Position numbers and translations under genes: made by a program. The notes beneath the pieces were generated by a model. That model had not been told where the DNA came from and searched no databases. It was given only the letters and a program-made list of their open reading frames with translations. This document shows positions 50,704 through 64,000 of a DNA stretch of 64,000 nucleotides, piece by piece (position 1 is the first letter of the stretch; each line of letters starts with the position of its first letter). The DNA comes from Trichoplax sp. H2 (lineage: Eukaryota), in the NCBI GenBank assembly GCA_003344405.1, contig NOWV01000219.1:1-64000 (forward strand). Reading direction: 5' to 3'.

Positions 50704-53700
50704 TATGAAAATTACTGTGCATATAGTAATTTATTGAATCAGTTGAATATAAGTTTTGCATTAAATGTGTTTATTGCTAGACTATTAGGAAATGAAAATT
50801 TTTTGAACATGGGTGTAATAATTGTTGAACGCTTAAACCATGTGCAGCCTTTTAAATCTCTCATAGCCAGACAGTAAACTGTAAGTACGTTCTATTTCAA
50901 CTTAAGTGGTTCGTATTATGTAGAAATCGAATTAGTTCCAGATCATTGATCTGAAATGAACATCTAAAAATTACATTTCAATTGGCCTATTTAATTTTAA
51001 ATATTAAAGAAATTTTTACCACAATGCTACGTTACGGAAGGAACGATATAAATATAGCTAGAGCGTTAATGATTTTTGATATGGGAAGTAATCAATATCA
51101 TGCATGCTTGCTGGCCTTTTAAATTTTTATATTTTTGATTGTTTGGCATACATGTTTTGAATTCTGAATTTATTTTACAGTTTAAGAATTTATTTTTTAT
51201 ATAATTTTTGAAACGCCAATAAATCCTGCTAAATACGACTTTGTTTTTTTAACTTTTTTTAATTTGATAAGAAAGTGTCAAAGGATTATTGGTGAAACTA
51301 AGCTTTGATATATTTTCATTTCAAATCATTCCTAAAAATTTTGATCTAATAGTATTTTTTAATGAACTTAAGGGCGATGGAATACAACAATACGTAATAT
51401 CATCATTAGGAAATTTAAATCTTGATGTAACTATTGATTTCTTGGCTAATGTTAAATATTTGTAATGGGACTCCTTCTATTTATCATCAAATATGAATAG
51501 TATCTGAGATTTCCTAGAATTAACCGATGTAAAAGAAAAGTAGATATATTTGTTATTGGTACTGAATTTTGAATAATTATTACTAACGAATCAGATAAAA
51601 AAATAATGAAATAATATCTTAAGTTCTGTAACAAGGACTGTAATAGGGCAAAAGAGATTTATTGCAAATGATCGTTTGCAATATTGTGTACCTATACAGT
51701 AACATAATTAATTTTACTTCAGCTTTGAGGATTACTTCCAATTAGCTTTCCTACACAAAGCACTTAAAAACAGCACATCATCGCTACTCTATCTAGCAAC
51801 GTAATTAATATTTGTAGCGTTATCTCTTTCTTAGTACATTTTCACAAATTCTCTTGTTTATAGCATTTGATTTCATCACCTTATGCTACCGATTTTGTAT
51901 GATGATAACCTCGATCATTGAATTAAATTTTACAGTGACCTATAATTATTTGTACAACCTTATATTTATCGTAGACTGTTGTAAATTTACAAGTTCAACA
52001 ATATGAATAATTGAATACCTCTTAACCAAATGCAATATTTACTTCATCTAGATAATGGCAATACTTCTGTCGAGGAAATTACGTCTAATCAAACTAACGA
52101 CTTAGCATCAATCTTTTATCTTGATCTATTCTTTAAATTGTGTCTAATATCAATATCGTCAAATTTCTATGAAATTATACTATATTTGTAAGACATGCAA
52201 TCAGATAATATTAGATTCTTGTGATCGAAATCTTGATATATTAACAAATGTTATTCAAACCAACAAGCTAAGTGTTCATACCTTGTTATAAAATTACTGG
52301 GAAAAATAACTTTATTGATTTTCGCCTTGATGCATTAAAATATATATAATTTCTCGATATCGATAGTAAACTGGAACTTTGGCAAAAGTAATAGTTACGA
52401 AAAATTACTTTTATTAATGGAATTGATTCCGTATGATCTCTATAAAATATGTATTGATATTATCAAGGTGAATCAAAAATTTTAGTAATTACTTTACTGT
52501 TCATTTAAAATCCGGAATTTCTCTTTCATCGAACATTTTGCAGTAAATTAGCTACGGACACTATTCTAACACGATACGATATGAGCACTTGCTGCATACA
52601 AAATTCTATATTAAACTGGTCGAAGAGTGTCTAGAAATTAATAACTATTTTATTGCCCATTCTTATCAATCTATAATGATCTCAACAAGGCAATTTCTAT
52701 TCTTTGCCTAATAATCGTTTCAATTTTTTTATTACTATGAACAATGACTACTTGAGTTGATGTTGCTTTGAGCTGTAATCATTAGAGCTCAAGTAACGCT
52801 AATGTAAGAAAAAGATTGACTATAATTGCGTATTATAATTCTAAATTACATTGATCATTCGTAATTATACAGCTTTATTGAAGCATGCAACTCTAAACAC
52901 ATCGAAGTTATAGTTTTAATGAATCGTTAGTTTAGAATCTGCTTTATTACGATTACTCCTAGAACGCCGAAATCAGAAGAGGTATTGCAAGCGCTATGAT
53001 TGCTTTGCTTAACTATAACATGATTTTCTATCTTATCATAAGTGAAAACACTGATAATATCAGGAAATTAATGATAAAATCTAGTAATCCAATGGCATGA
53101 AAGCCGCAAGGAGGACAAAATCTCTTTACACTGCTCTTTTATTTCAAGAACAGTAAGTTTAAATGGCTATAAAAAATAAATGGATAAGGTAGCTGGATGT
53201 GCGAATTTACTACAATACGGATCTTTATTCAAGATTATGTAAACTAGCTTCTGATCATCAAAAGCAATCTTAAGCAGTTTTTAACGGAAAGTTTTGCTAT
53301 CGTTATCAAGAATACATTTGACTTATGTTTCTATAATATCGCCGTCATTTGGTAGAGTTAACATTTATATGTACGAATTAGCCTGTAGATTAGGCATAGC
53401 AGATCTACTTTCGCTGATTTTGCTCGATGAATGGCTTACGTGATAGAATTTCAAATATATTCTTGAGCTGCTTTAAGTTTACAGATTTTACACAAGATCC
53501 CCAACTTTGACACCAGACCAGTGGATTCTATAATGCAGGAAAAATAGTAATATGATTACTATAAAGGAAACATTATTCAGAACGCGGTATCCAGCTATAT
53601 ATTGAAGTAATAATGAAGCTTGGGGATTTTTTATCATAAAATACAGACGGCGTTCAAAACTAAATTATACATTAGCTTAAATTTTGAATATTTATTACAT

Positions 53701-56700
53701 ACAACGATTTTGTTTACAGCAGCTACTATCCGTGGAAAATACTTCTTTACATAAGGAATGCACTAAAACGATTTAAAATAGCGTTGTCATCATAGGAAAA
53801 TATTCTAAAACGGATCTAAATCCCAATCAAGCAATTTAATATTCTATTTACAAAGATTCGCTCCGGAAGTTCGAGGGTAGAGCAGAAATCGGTAAAAAAT
53901 TTCTGAACTTCTTCCTGATAATATAAAACAATTACGATATATTTATTTTACTTTCCTTAACTATTACGAAATGCACTCGACATTTCGTACATTTAAAATA
54001 CACTTTTAAAACTTTAATCATTACCAATGCTGCACTACGTGATAAAAGATACTGTTTTTATGATAAATATTCAGTTATTAATGAAGATAATTACAACATT
54101 TCGAGATACTCTAGAATAAATCAGACTAAATAAAATTATCTCAAAATGAAGCTATGAAATATATGCAAGTTACAAGCTCACTATCTATTAAATGATCACA
54201 TAACAGCGTAATAATAACTTTATCAGTACATTTTTTGATAAAAAAGCATTTTATTTCGTGTATTACTAATCAAGAATTATAGTAAATAAATTATTTTTTG
54301 GTCCAGTAACTATGTACCCTTGTCGATGTTTTGTTTAGGTACGAGATTGCATTTTGGATTGAGTGGATACACTTTTCACAAGACGGACTTCTTCCTCCCT
54401 TGTCGGCCATAACGGCTTCAGTATATTCAATTCCGTACAAAATGGATATTAAACTTCAGATAGAACCACATTTATCAACATTGTAGACATTTAAATGGGA
54501 TATATTTGCTAGAGCATACGATATGCATTATAGACTATTATTTTCTAAATTTGTGTAGCACGGTCTACAAGTGTAGTACACTGGAGTATAGAATTAATCA
54601 AATAGATATTGAGACAAAGTAATTAATAATAAATCAAACTTGTAGATTTGTCATAATTTATTTATTTATGATTAAAAGTTACCAACGAGTAATTGAACAC
54701 AAAGCTATATTAATGTCGCTAAGCTACCTAACGAGCAGCGAGATCAAATCGAATCAAGAACTTTACGCTAGCTCTCTCTCTCTAGCTTTTAGGCATTCAT
54801 GTTAGAGTGTCGATTACTAATTTAAGACCATCACACTATATAAATAATCCTATCTAAATCTGGATGATTAATATTAAAGTTAGTCATTACATCAGCAATA
54901 AATATCATGCATGAACATAACAATTTCATTCAATTTTACGTTCACTAGACTTAAATGCGATAATACGTTATAGTAATTTATGTCAATTATATTCATAAAA
55001 GTTCTAAGAAAACATTCAGTGAAACACTTTGAGTTAAAAATTGGACTTTTAAATTTATATAATTTCCTGTACAACGGAAAAGGAACTGGTTTTGCTTTAG
55101 AGATAGAAATTTAACGGGCCTTAAATTTACCTGACAAGAAAATAGTTAATAGGAGAGTCAAAATGATCGATTTCATCATTTTTTAAATCGTTCCCAACTT
55201 GGATCTTCCGTGAACCAAAAGAAAAAATGTCAGAATAGACTCTTATTTGCTCTTCTTATAGGTTCCTAGTACCTCATTACTCGTTATGTATTCATATTGC
55301 TTTCAACAGCATTTAATGAATATATAAAATAAATACAATCCTATACTCTAATTAAAATCGATTACACTAACAAAGAAACCTTAGTAAAACTAATATTCAC
55401 TTATTTTACTACTTACCCTATTCATAATTTTCGCGGGATAAATGGCTGCTGATTCCTTACAAATCAAGCAAAGCGACTTTAATGCTCATTCAAATTAAAA
55501 ACAAAAGCTTTACTTAACGCTAGGGTTGTTATTTGTATGTGGCATTATTTCCTTTTTACAGTGAAACCAAAAATCAACAGTCTATTTCCCTAAAAATAGT
55601 TGAATTAATAAAAGTGTTCAATAGAAGCAAGCCCATTTGTTTACTATCAATGCTGGTAATTCGGCGAGCTACTTTCGGCAAGCTACTACTTAAAAGATAG
55701 AAAGAAATGGCAAAAATTCGAATAATATTTTGGATGTCTTATCCCTTACTTGTAATCATAGATGAATTTTCATCAATTCATGCTGTTACTTCAGTGCAGT
55801 ATCTAATGACTTAAGTAACGGCTCCAGCAAATTTGGCTAATCAAGTAATTGATTTAATAGGCAAATTATTGAAATATTTTATCTTTAGTTAAGAAATTGA
55901 TTTAATTTAGATTAATCAAGAAGGCTTTCTCAACTTTACACATTCTGGTTGACTCAATTAATTGATAGCGATAACATAATTACTGAAAATGCAATGATAG
56001 ATACCATATACTTTACTACCTAGCTGCAGAACGTAATCAACGGTAACAAAGTACGGGAATGGCTTTGCAGAAATTAATAAAGAGGCCATGAACCCTATAG
56101 TAGATTGTTCAATGTTCTACTGTATTTGTGAAGATGTCTACTTTGAGAAATCGCGGAAACTGATAGTAGAATTGTGATTGAGAAACAGCAATTAATAGAA
56201 TAAAGGCAGTTAAGAACCATGGATTGCAGTTGCAATTCGTTTGGGCATTTACTTTTTCGTTCGGGTATAATGTTGCATCATTTTACTTTTCTAATACGTT
56301 TAAATAAGTCTTTAAGAATTTAGTATAGATTTTTGAAGAGCATTTCTTTGCAGAATAAGGCAGAGAAACTCAGGTATCTTTGCGGCGGTGAAATTGAACA
56401 TTTATAAAGAATCAGGACGATTTTAAAAAATTAGATGCTTAATGCATTCCTCGCGTTCCTGGTAGGGACTGAATCACTTAAGAGTCTGCCATTAATGTAG
56501 ATTCTAACGATAAAACTAAGCAAGGTAGTGGCTAAAGTGAAGGATTACTCAATAGCAGGTCAAGAGGCGATATTTTTGTAATAAAGTACGATTTCCATCC
56601 CTACTATGAAACGGTAACTAAGTAAATGACTCTCAATGTTAGCTGATAAAAAACGATTTACGACTTAAAATTATCGTTGAATATTATAGCAGTAAAACTT

Positions 56701-58913
56701 AAACCAAATAAAGTACTCATAGCTAGATCTCGAACTCCCTCCTACATTTTCACTTAAAGCTACGGCTATCGTCTCCAAAATTATTTTTTACTAGCACTTA
56801 ATTATTCTAACGCCTAAGTGTAGTTTCGTCGACCATTCTGGTCCTTTTCGGGTCAGGTCTAGCGCCGCCATCTTATTCATGATTATGTTATTTATAATTA
56901 TCAGGATCTCACTTCTAGAACCTATTTTTCTATAGCCTTGTACAGTATAACGTAGGCATGTTGCATAATTAAGTACCTTAGCCTCCTGCGGCACTTTGTT
57001 GAAGTTAAATTTGCATAGTCAGATACAAGTATCAAACTGGAAATTTTCACTTAACAAATATTAGAAGATATTATACAATAAAGTTACTAGCAATAGCAGC
57101 AATCGCTTAGGTTGCTATTGTTAGTGGGTAGTAATTGTGATTATCGGATGACTAATGCATAGAACTATGAAATAAGGAAAACATTTTCTTTTAGCAGTCT
57201 GACTTATGATTTACTGAAATTTTTAATTGCTAAAGCCACCTTAATACCAACAATAACAACTTTTATTAAGCTTATTAAGTCGCCATAAATGTCTTCTGGT
57301 GCGTATACTGAATGGTGCTAAAGAAAGAATATGCTATTCGCAGTATCATATTCCTTTCTTGAATGTAAGCTATATTTCATAAATACAACTGAAATATAAC
57401 AAAACTAATCCTTTACTATCAAATTTAGAATGAATTAGTTATATTGAACGCTTATACAGTAAAAAAATTGTTATTATAGTAGCTTTAATTTTCGATTAGC
57501 TTTCTTATTTATCAAGATAAACTTGAAAAACTATCTTCTCACAATCATAAATAAATCTAGGTATATCGACAAACTATTCTATGGAGGTTAATTTTATCAC
57601 ATTGCTTGTAAAGTAAATTAGTTTCAGGGAGCTATTTTTAATTTCTGGTTTAGCTACGCTGTAGTCTATCATGCCATCTTTTATTTTCTATGTAGAATTA
57701 TTTATTTCTCGACCTCATTTATATACGTAGATGCTAGCGAATAATATTATGTCATCCTTTATATCAGTGAAAGAACTAACGCTGTACTTGTAATTGTTTT
57801 AAAAAATATAGTCAATTTACTGCCACTATATTTATAATTTTATAAATTTACGTGTGCATTAAACAGGCTTTTTCTTACTACTGATTAAGGGGATTACAGA
57901 GCAAAGTCTCTTTAATCGCTTACTTCAGCATGTACTTTTCTCGTTGATACTAAATTAATTGCTGTTTACGATATTTATCAGTCAGTTTATTACAGTGACT
58001 TTTCAGATATTTATTTAATATAATTATGAAGAACCCATTCAAGATAGAATAACAATGTATCGTACTTGCAATGCAGACCTGAAATAGTTTCATAATTACT
58101 AGTAATTGATCTTAAATATCTTACAAATGCTATACCATTCGTATCTCTAGAGGTAGAATTTCCTATGAGATAAATTCTATTCACTAACTTCCACGATATT
58201 ATCTTCATTCCAACAGTTTAAATACTATTTTTAGACCATGTCTACTATTTTTTTTCAAATGTTCTGGTAATTGACCGAGCATGTAAGTTATAGTATAACT
58301 TCAAACTGCACGTTCTAATTCTGGATTGTTATTATAATGCCGATTCTTTTAATAAAGTGTGTTAAAAACAACTAGAAAGACTTTATTGATTGTCTAAGCT
58401 TTTATTTTGTACGGTAGGACTCAGTAAGACTATCATGTTGATTTTTCCAAATAAAATTGAGACAAAGAAATATGTATTATTGCAGTCATCTCTAAATGGC
58501 AAAATTGGAATTTTTATTCATTAAAATGCCTTAAGTAATCAAATGACGAATAAGGAACAAAATGGAATTAGAAAGAATGTGATTATTTATGTATCAATCC
58601 GATTTTATGATTGATGTAAATGCTCTTTTCTACTTTTTTGTATTGCAAGCACTACTAAAATTCACCCACTGTAAAGAACTTAGTAAAGTAGCGACACAAT
58701 TTTCTGCAACACCTAATTTCAATTCGTGATCTTAAACTCCTAATTGCTAATATTAGTCATAGTTAAACTAATACTTCACTTATTTGCAGCAATACTATAT
58801 TACTCGAATTCGCATATGATATCATAGAAAGAAAAGCTGGTAAATATGATATCATAGAAAGAAAAGTTAGTGAATATGCTTGCAATCTAGATTATAGACT
58901 AGATAAAATGAAT

Positions 58914-60595
58914 TTAATTGCGATCGTTTCCGATTAATGATGGGTCATGAGACAAAATTTCTATTAAATTCTGCACCATTTTTAAGTTTGAACTTCTGGC
59001 ACAACTTCCCCAATTCTGGCACCAAACGAGCGGATTCTGATAAGAATATTAAAACAGAACATTAATATTCTCCTTATCGTAGGCTATATTAGAATTCTCG
59101 TATTTGCACGGTTAAACTTTTTGATTTATGACTACTGACTATGCTATGCTAAAGGGCCAAAAGCGAAATGTAGATGTTTAGTAAAGATAGAGCTAGAAGA
59201 GATTCATTAAGTGATTTTATTATATCCAGTAAAATTGAAGATATTCTTCACTTACCAAGGAATCACTGATGGTCGCAATTACCTTTGAAAAATATTTTAT
59301 TACGTATTTATCGCACTGAAAATCAGAAACATTGTAAGCAATAAAATAAGGCATCATGCATCTAAATAATTGAAAATTGCATAAAATCGTTCAATTGATA
59401 CATTTTGTGCTATTATGTAATGAATACATTTTCTTAAGTTCGCTATTATTAACTCATATTTTGAGTTATTTAACATTGAGCATATCTCTGATGTGGCACA
59501 TATACGAGTACTTCTTACTACTATTACAAATTCAACACATATTGCCACCGTAAATTAGCTGCAATCATCACATATCAATACCAATCGTTTATAAGGTCCC
59601 GATGTAGAGCAAAAATTGGTCAAAAATTTCTTGATACTGCTCTGAAAGTATAAACAGTAAATAATTTACAGAAGATTTCGCTAGCTCTATCATTTTATAC
59701 GGTACTTTATAATTGACTTAGATAATTGCAATTAGCTTAAAATAATAGTATCTGCCACAATAAGTTCTAAAAAAAATTAAAATCATAATATCGAAGACAC
59801 ATTAATAGTAGCAAATGATGCTTTAGAAGCAGACTAAAATTGAATGTTGTAATGCTAAGTAGGAAAGTAACTGTACGGTATAAATCAAATAAATGAATTC
59901 ACCCTGTAACTATTCTTCCCTAATAGCTTAGTAATATTTATTATGTCGATGATTTCTTTACTAGTAGATTATCTTCGAAATTAATGGTTTAAATAATTTG
60001 TATGCATTGCGGGTAAGTAACATCTTTATAGCTATAAATTGATACCCTTGTTGACGTCCTGTTCATGTAGGCAATTCCTCCTTGAATTTGTTTTATACAG
60101 CTATTACAATGTTCACTTCTCCCAGCGTTGTCGGCTATGACAACTACAGCAAAACAAGATTAAATTCATTATCAAATTATAACTTTACTAAATATTTAAT
60201 TCTATCGTGTATGCCTACTAGCTAATTTACTGCAAAATATAATAATATGAGTATACTAGCTTTACAATGCACATGGTTTGAAAATTTGTAATTATACGTA
60301 TCTTGGCTCTAATAGCACAATACAATTTATTGTGTAGTTTATTACATGAAAAAATCTCTTTCTATTTTATGTATATGTAGATTGCTTGGTCGTAAATTTT
60401 AATGAGTGTTAGGTACTGGGATGCAATCTGCGAATCCTTGGAGTTTATTATTTGATATTAAAGTTACCGTAGCAGCGAATTAAACATGAAGTTCGAGAAA
60501 CTCATAAAATTTTGATATTTTATGGCAGATGTTTCTCCCCTTTTACCTGTAAAGAGTAGGGTGGATAACAAGACCAAAATAACCACTTTCATCAT
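58914..60595 (-). CDS. Secreted single-domain saposin-like protein (SAPLIP), 129 aa, 5 coding exons
   Basis: Exons 60547-60595, 60046-60143, 59582-59641, 59256-59315, 58914-59036, all GT-AG and in phase: MMKVVILVLLSTLLFTVVIA-DNAGRSEHCNSCIKQIQGGIAYMNRTSTRSSIKKFLTNFCSTSGPYKRLCDKYVIKYFSKVIATISDSLNPLVWCQNWGSCARSSNLKMVQNLIEILSHDPSLIGNDRN*. Six Cys in saposin-B spacing plus a signal peptide. Confidence 0.88.
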
Positions 60596-63500
60596 TATGA
60601 AAGCTTCTTCTTTTAACTTGAAGTTTCAGTAGAGAGAGAAATTTTAATATCGAAGTTACTGCTAGTAAACGTTGATACAATTATGTAGTAGAACTGTAAT
60701 ACCTTGGCTTTTGCTTCCCGTCTTTTTAAATAAGATGGCTGATTGTTGCCTCGCAGCAGGACACCATTGACCGCCTAGTACGGTAATACCTTCTATATTT
60801 ATACAATGACTAAGCGATTAAGATGTCTCATGGGGGTCATGGAAAATCAGATGATATAAAAACAGTAGAGTATTCATAAAAAATTGGTAATAGATCATGA
60901 AGTTAGCAGCTAGTCTCAAACCGAATGGAGCAAGATCGGCTGGAAGCCAAGATGCACTGGAGTAGCCACTCCATACTTTATTGACTCAAAGGTAATCGGC
61001 TGAGAATGGAAAGAAAAAACTTCTTTTACAGCTATCATTATTACTAAGATGGTGACTAAAATAATCATGTGTATCAATTATTTCATAATTAAAATCAGCC
61101 AGGATTTGATCACAGCTAGGGAAGAGCAATTATCGTAAGACGCGAGTAATTTCGTACCTAAGTAAAGGCGAGCTTTGTCAAATTCAGCTACAGTATGTAA
61201 TGGACAATCAGCAGAGTGGACCATAATAACTGTTGCCATCTATGCATACGATGGCGTAATTACACGTACAACTTACAGTAACATGTTGTACTTGAAACTG
61301 CTAGAAGTAATTTGGTATTCACGGGCTAGATATCAAGGACGCTAAATAATATCAAAGTTTATTTCTTAACTAAAACAAATATAAATAGGGATATTTTGCG
61401 CTCCTTTTACAATAATATTTCTTATTTATGATTGCACGTCTGCCTTTTCCTCCGGAATAAATGACAGTAAATAAATAACTCATATTTTATAAGTATCACT
61501 AGTATAAAGATGATCTCTTCTACTGGATATTACGTCTATAACTTGTAGCCATTTTGTAAAGTTTTTCTTTTGAAATTAAATGTAATAATAGGTAGTGATT
61601 AACGTTGTCAGGAATACGGTCAGAGATAATCATTCTATCGAATTATTTTACTTTTAATAATAAAATAGCACGCTAATAAGCACAGAAAATCGGCAAAAAT
61701 TTATATCATTTTTTCAATCGTTACATTATATGATTAATTAAAATCCCTGGCGTACCTAATCATTATTTTCGAATTGCAAAAATAACAATTTCTTTGTGAG
61801 TTTGGTACTTTGATAATATTATTTTTGTCATGCATACTATCGGTTTTTACCACGTTTATTTTATTGTTACGTTATGTTAATAGATGAAGAGGATACTCAT
61901 TAGACGAAGATTTATTTCAGATTATACTTTAGGTACTTTTATGGATGATTCCAGCTGTAAATATATTATAGACAGAGTTCCATTTTAAATAGGTAAATAT
62001 GAACAATAATTTTAAATTACACCATTAATTAAAGGTAGCTGAATATGTTTTTATCATAGCCGTTGTTAGCCATTAATTACATTCTATATTGCTGTGCGTT
62101 ATTGCACAATCTCTATAAAGGTATATTACGATACGGACGCTTGTTCTAATTAGTAGACCACTTTTTAGTTAATTAGTTAGTCAGTTAGTTAGACAACTAG
62201 TTTGTCAATCGCTATTGAATTATCAAGACTACAATCTTGGTTGTCAAGATTTCATCAGTAATAAATAGCAGCGATTCTCTAACTACCTTGTCTACACTAT
62301 CAGCAACGCTATAACTATGCTATAGTATTCAGACGTTGGAACTGAACTATTTGGTGATATAGCTAATCTTGTCTCTTTAAGTCAGTCAGAGGCGCTCTTC
62401 TTAAGCGTTACTTGTGTAGATTTACTTTGTCTCTAGTGGTGTGTGACAAGGTGTCTGACCAAGTCATGTTAAGGGCTTTAATTAGGTAAGGATATTGCAG
62501 CTAATGAACTTCACCATTTCATTACACCTTTTTTAATCTAACCGTGATCGTCATATATGCATGGCCCATAACATCTACATTGCCCTCGAGCATCGTATAT
62601 GTTGCCCGTTTGGCATACATAGCCCGTAACAATGTTGCATTACATTTTGCTCAATGACAAGTCTGGTTACTTTAGCACTAGTGCCCTAGCGTTTCGTCAT
62701 TAATGGCTAGAAATTCATCAGAAACTAAGCAAGTATGCGAACTAGAATGCAGAATGAATCATGACATACCCTGCATATCATAAAGTATACCCTAATTGAC
62801 AGGGCTCGTGAGTTTATAAGATGCATAATAAAGGAATAAATTTTGCATATAGAAATGTGCGCAGCTCCCGGGGACATTCAGCTCGAAACTTTCTAACCTA
62901 TTGATGAAAATGTAGCAGAACTCTAGCAGACTATCATGGTGGCAAGAGATAATTATTAACTGCATAGATTTTCATTTTCTCACAGGTTTCATTGAAGAGT
63001 AAACGGTGCAAGGTATTGTTTTATTGTTGGCATAAGAGAACGAATTTAAATAATACTCTTACACCAAGTGAATCTCTTTCTGCTCATGGATCGCATTGAA
63101 TGAAATGGTGCCTTGCTTTGTCGCAGAAACACCTAAAGCTGCCTAAAGTAAGGATTTCCGTGCTGATCTAATGTTATCTACCAGATAAAATGGTAGCATA
63201 ATGAAGAAGCTACGGCTAGAAAGATGGTTTGAATAATAGTGAATTGGAGGCTAGACTTGCTAGATCGACGGGATTTAGTACAGATAGTGAATATTATGCT
63301 ATTATGCCATAACTTGTGTGGTGACAACGTTACTTTAGAAATGCTCCAATTTCACCATAGTATTTACTACTTTTTTTATTTAAACTTTAAAGACGCTAAA
63401 ATAGTTATCTAGCAAACCAATTTCAATTTTTTGTAACCTATTTTAGCCGCTCTAGCTATGAAACGCTGCTAGAAGCCAGCTCAATCAAAGTAGAATATGT

Positions 63501-64000
63501 GACTACGACTTGTTGTTTGTAATTCTGTATTGATGCACCCATGTTTGATTAAACGGATAGCTATATTTGATATAGTTAGGTTGCTTTGAATAGATATTAT
63601 CGTGAAGCTAATATTAGATGATTGCTAACTTCTATATTAGAAATTGTTGATGACTAATAGTAGCCAGTTGACTAATTATGGTACAAGATTTATGTAGCTA
63701 GAAACATCGTAGTTGTTAAGATGCCCATCGGAGAAAGGGCCTAGATGTTAATAGAAGAGTATTGACATCTTAAGTAGAATGATTTAGATTGTATAAAATA
63801 ATGATGTACTATTAGAGAAAAGTATTTTGTTTGATGACTTATGTCCGATTGTAGATTAATCAAGTTGCCATAAATGGATTTAACGTAATGTTTACATAGG
63901 AGAAGAGACTTCACTTCGCTTTGAGCTCGGAATACTCTCGATTTTACACTAGATTCTAGTAGTAATTGATCATTGCTCTACTATTTTTAAAACCTTGTAA

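Noticed and set aside
58814..58866. 23-bp direct repeat ATATGATATCATAGAAAGAAAAG
   Set aside because: Simple two-copy slippage duplication in the 3' flank of the saposin gene; no evidence of function.
62538..62680. Cys-rich minus-strand frame CNIVTGYVCQTGNIYDARGQCRCYGPC (defensin-like)
   Set aside because: In-frame stop immediately upstream and no supporting acceptor or signal-peptide exon found.

Overview
AT-rich eukaryotic (animal) genomic DNA with short GT-AG introns and four 20-N scaffold gaps. It most resembles a placozoan (Trichoplax-like) genome; this is inferred from composition, intron size and gene content. The six-frame ORF track misses most genes, so spliced genes were rebuilt by hand. 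(1) A complete nitric oxide synthase on + (3768-~14019, 31-34 coding exons, no visible PDZ). (2) An intronless 42-aa-unit TPR protein on - (17018-21457, inflated by a haplotype overlap at a gap). (3) A ~25-exon adhesion GPCR on - (signal peptide-EGF-Ig-HormR-GAIN-7TM) whose GPS lacks the cleavage triad. (4) An orphan ~810-aa WD40-like beta-propeller gene on -. (5) SPOP on -, with a probable GC-AG intron. (6) A 5-exon secreted, cationic saposin-like protein on - (58914-60595) that is absent from the ORF track. Two gaps appear to mark heterozygous transposon insertions and one a TPR unit copy-number difference. There is also a degenerate ~150-bp tandem array with a palindromic insert, a Helitron-like 3' end, and weak pseudogene remnants at 50-57 kb. 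No rRNA, tRNA or CRISPR was recognised.
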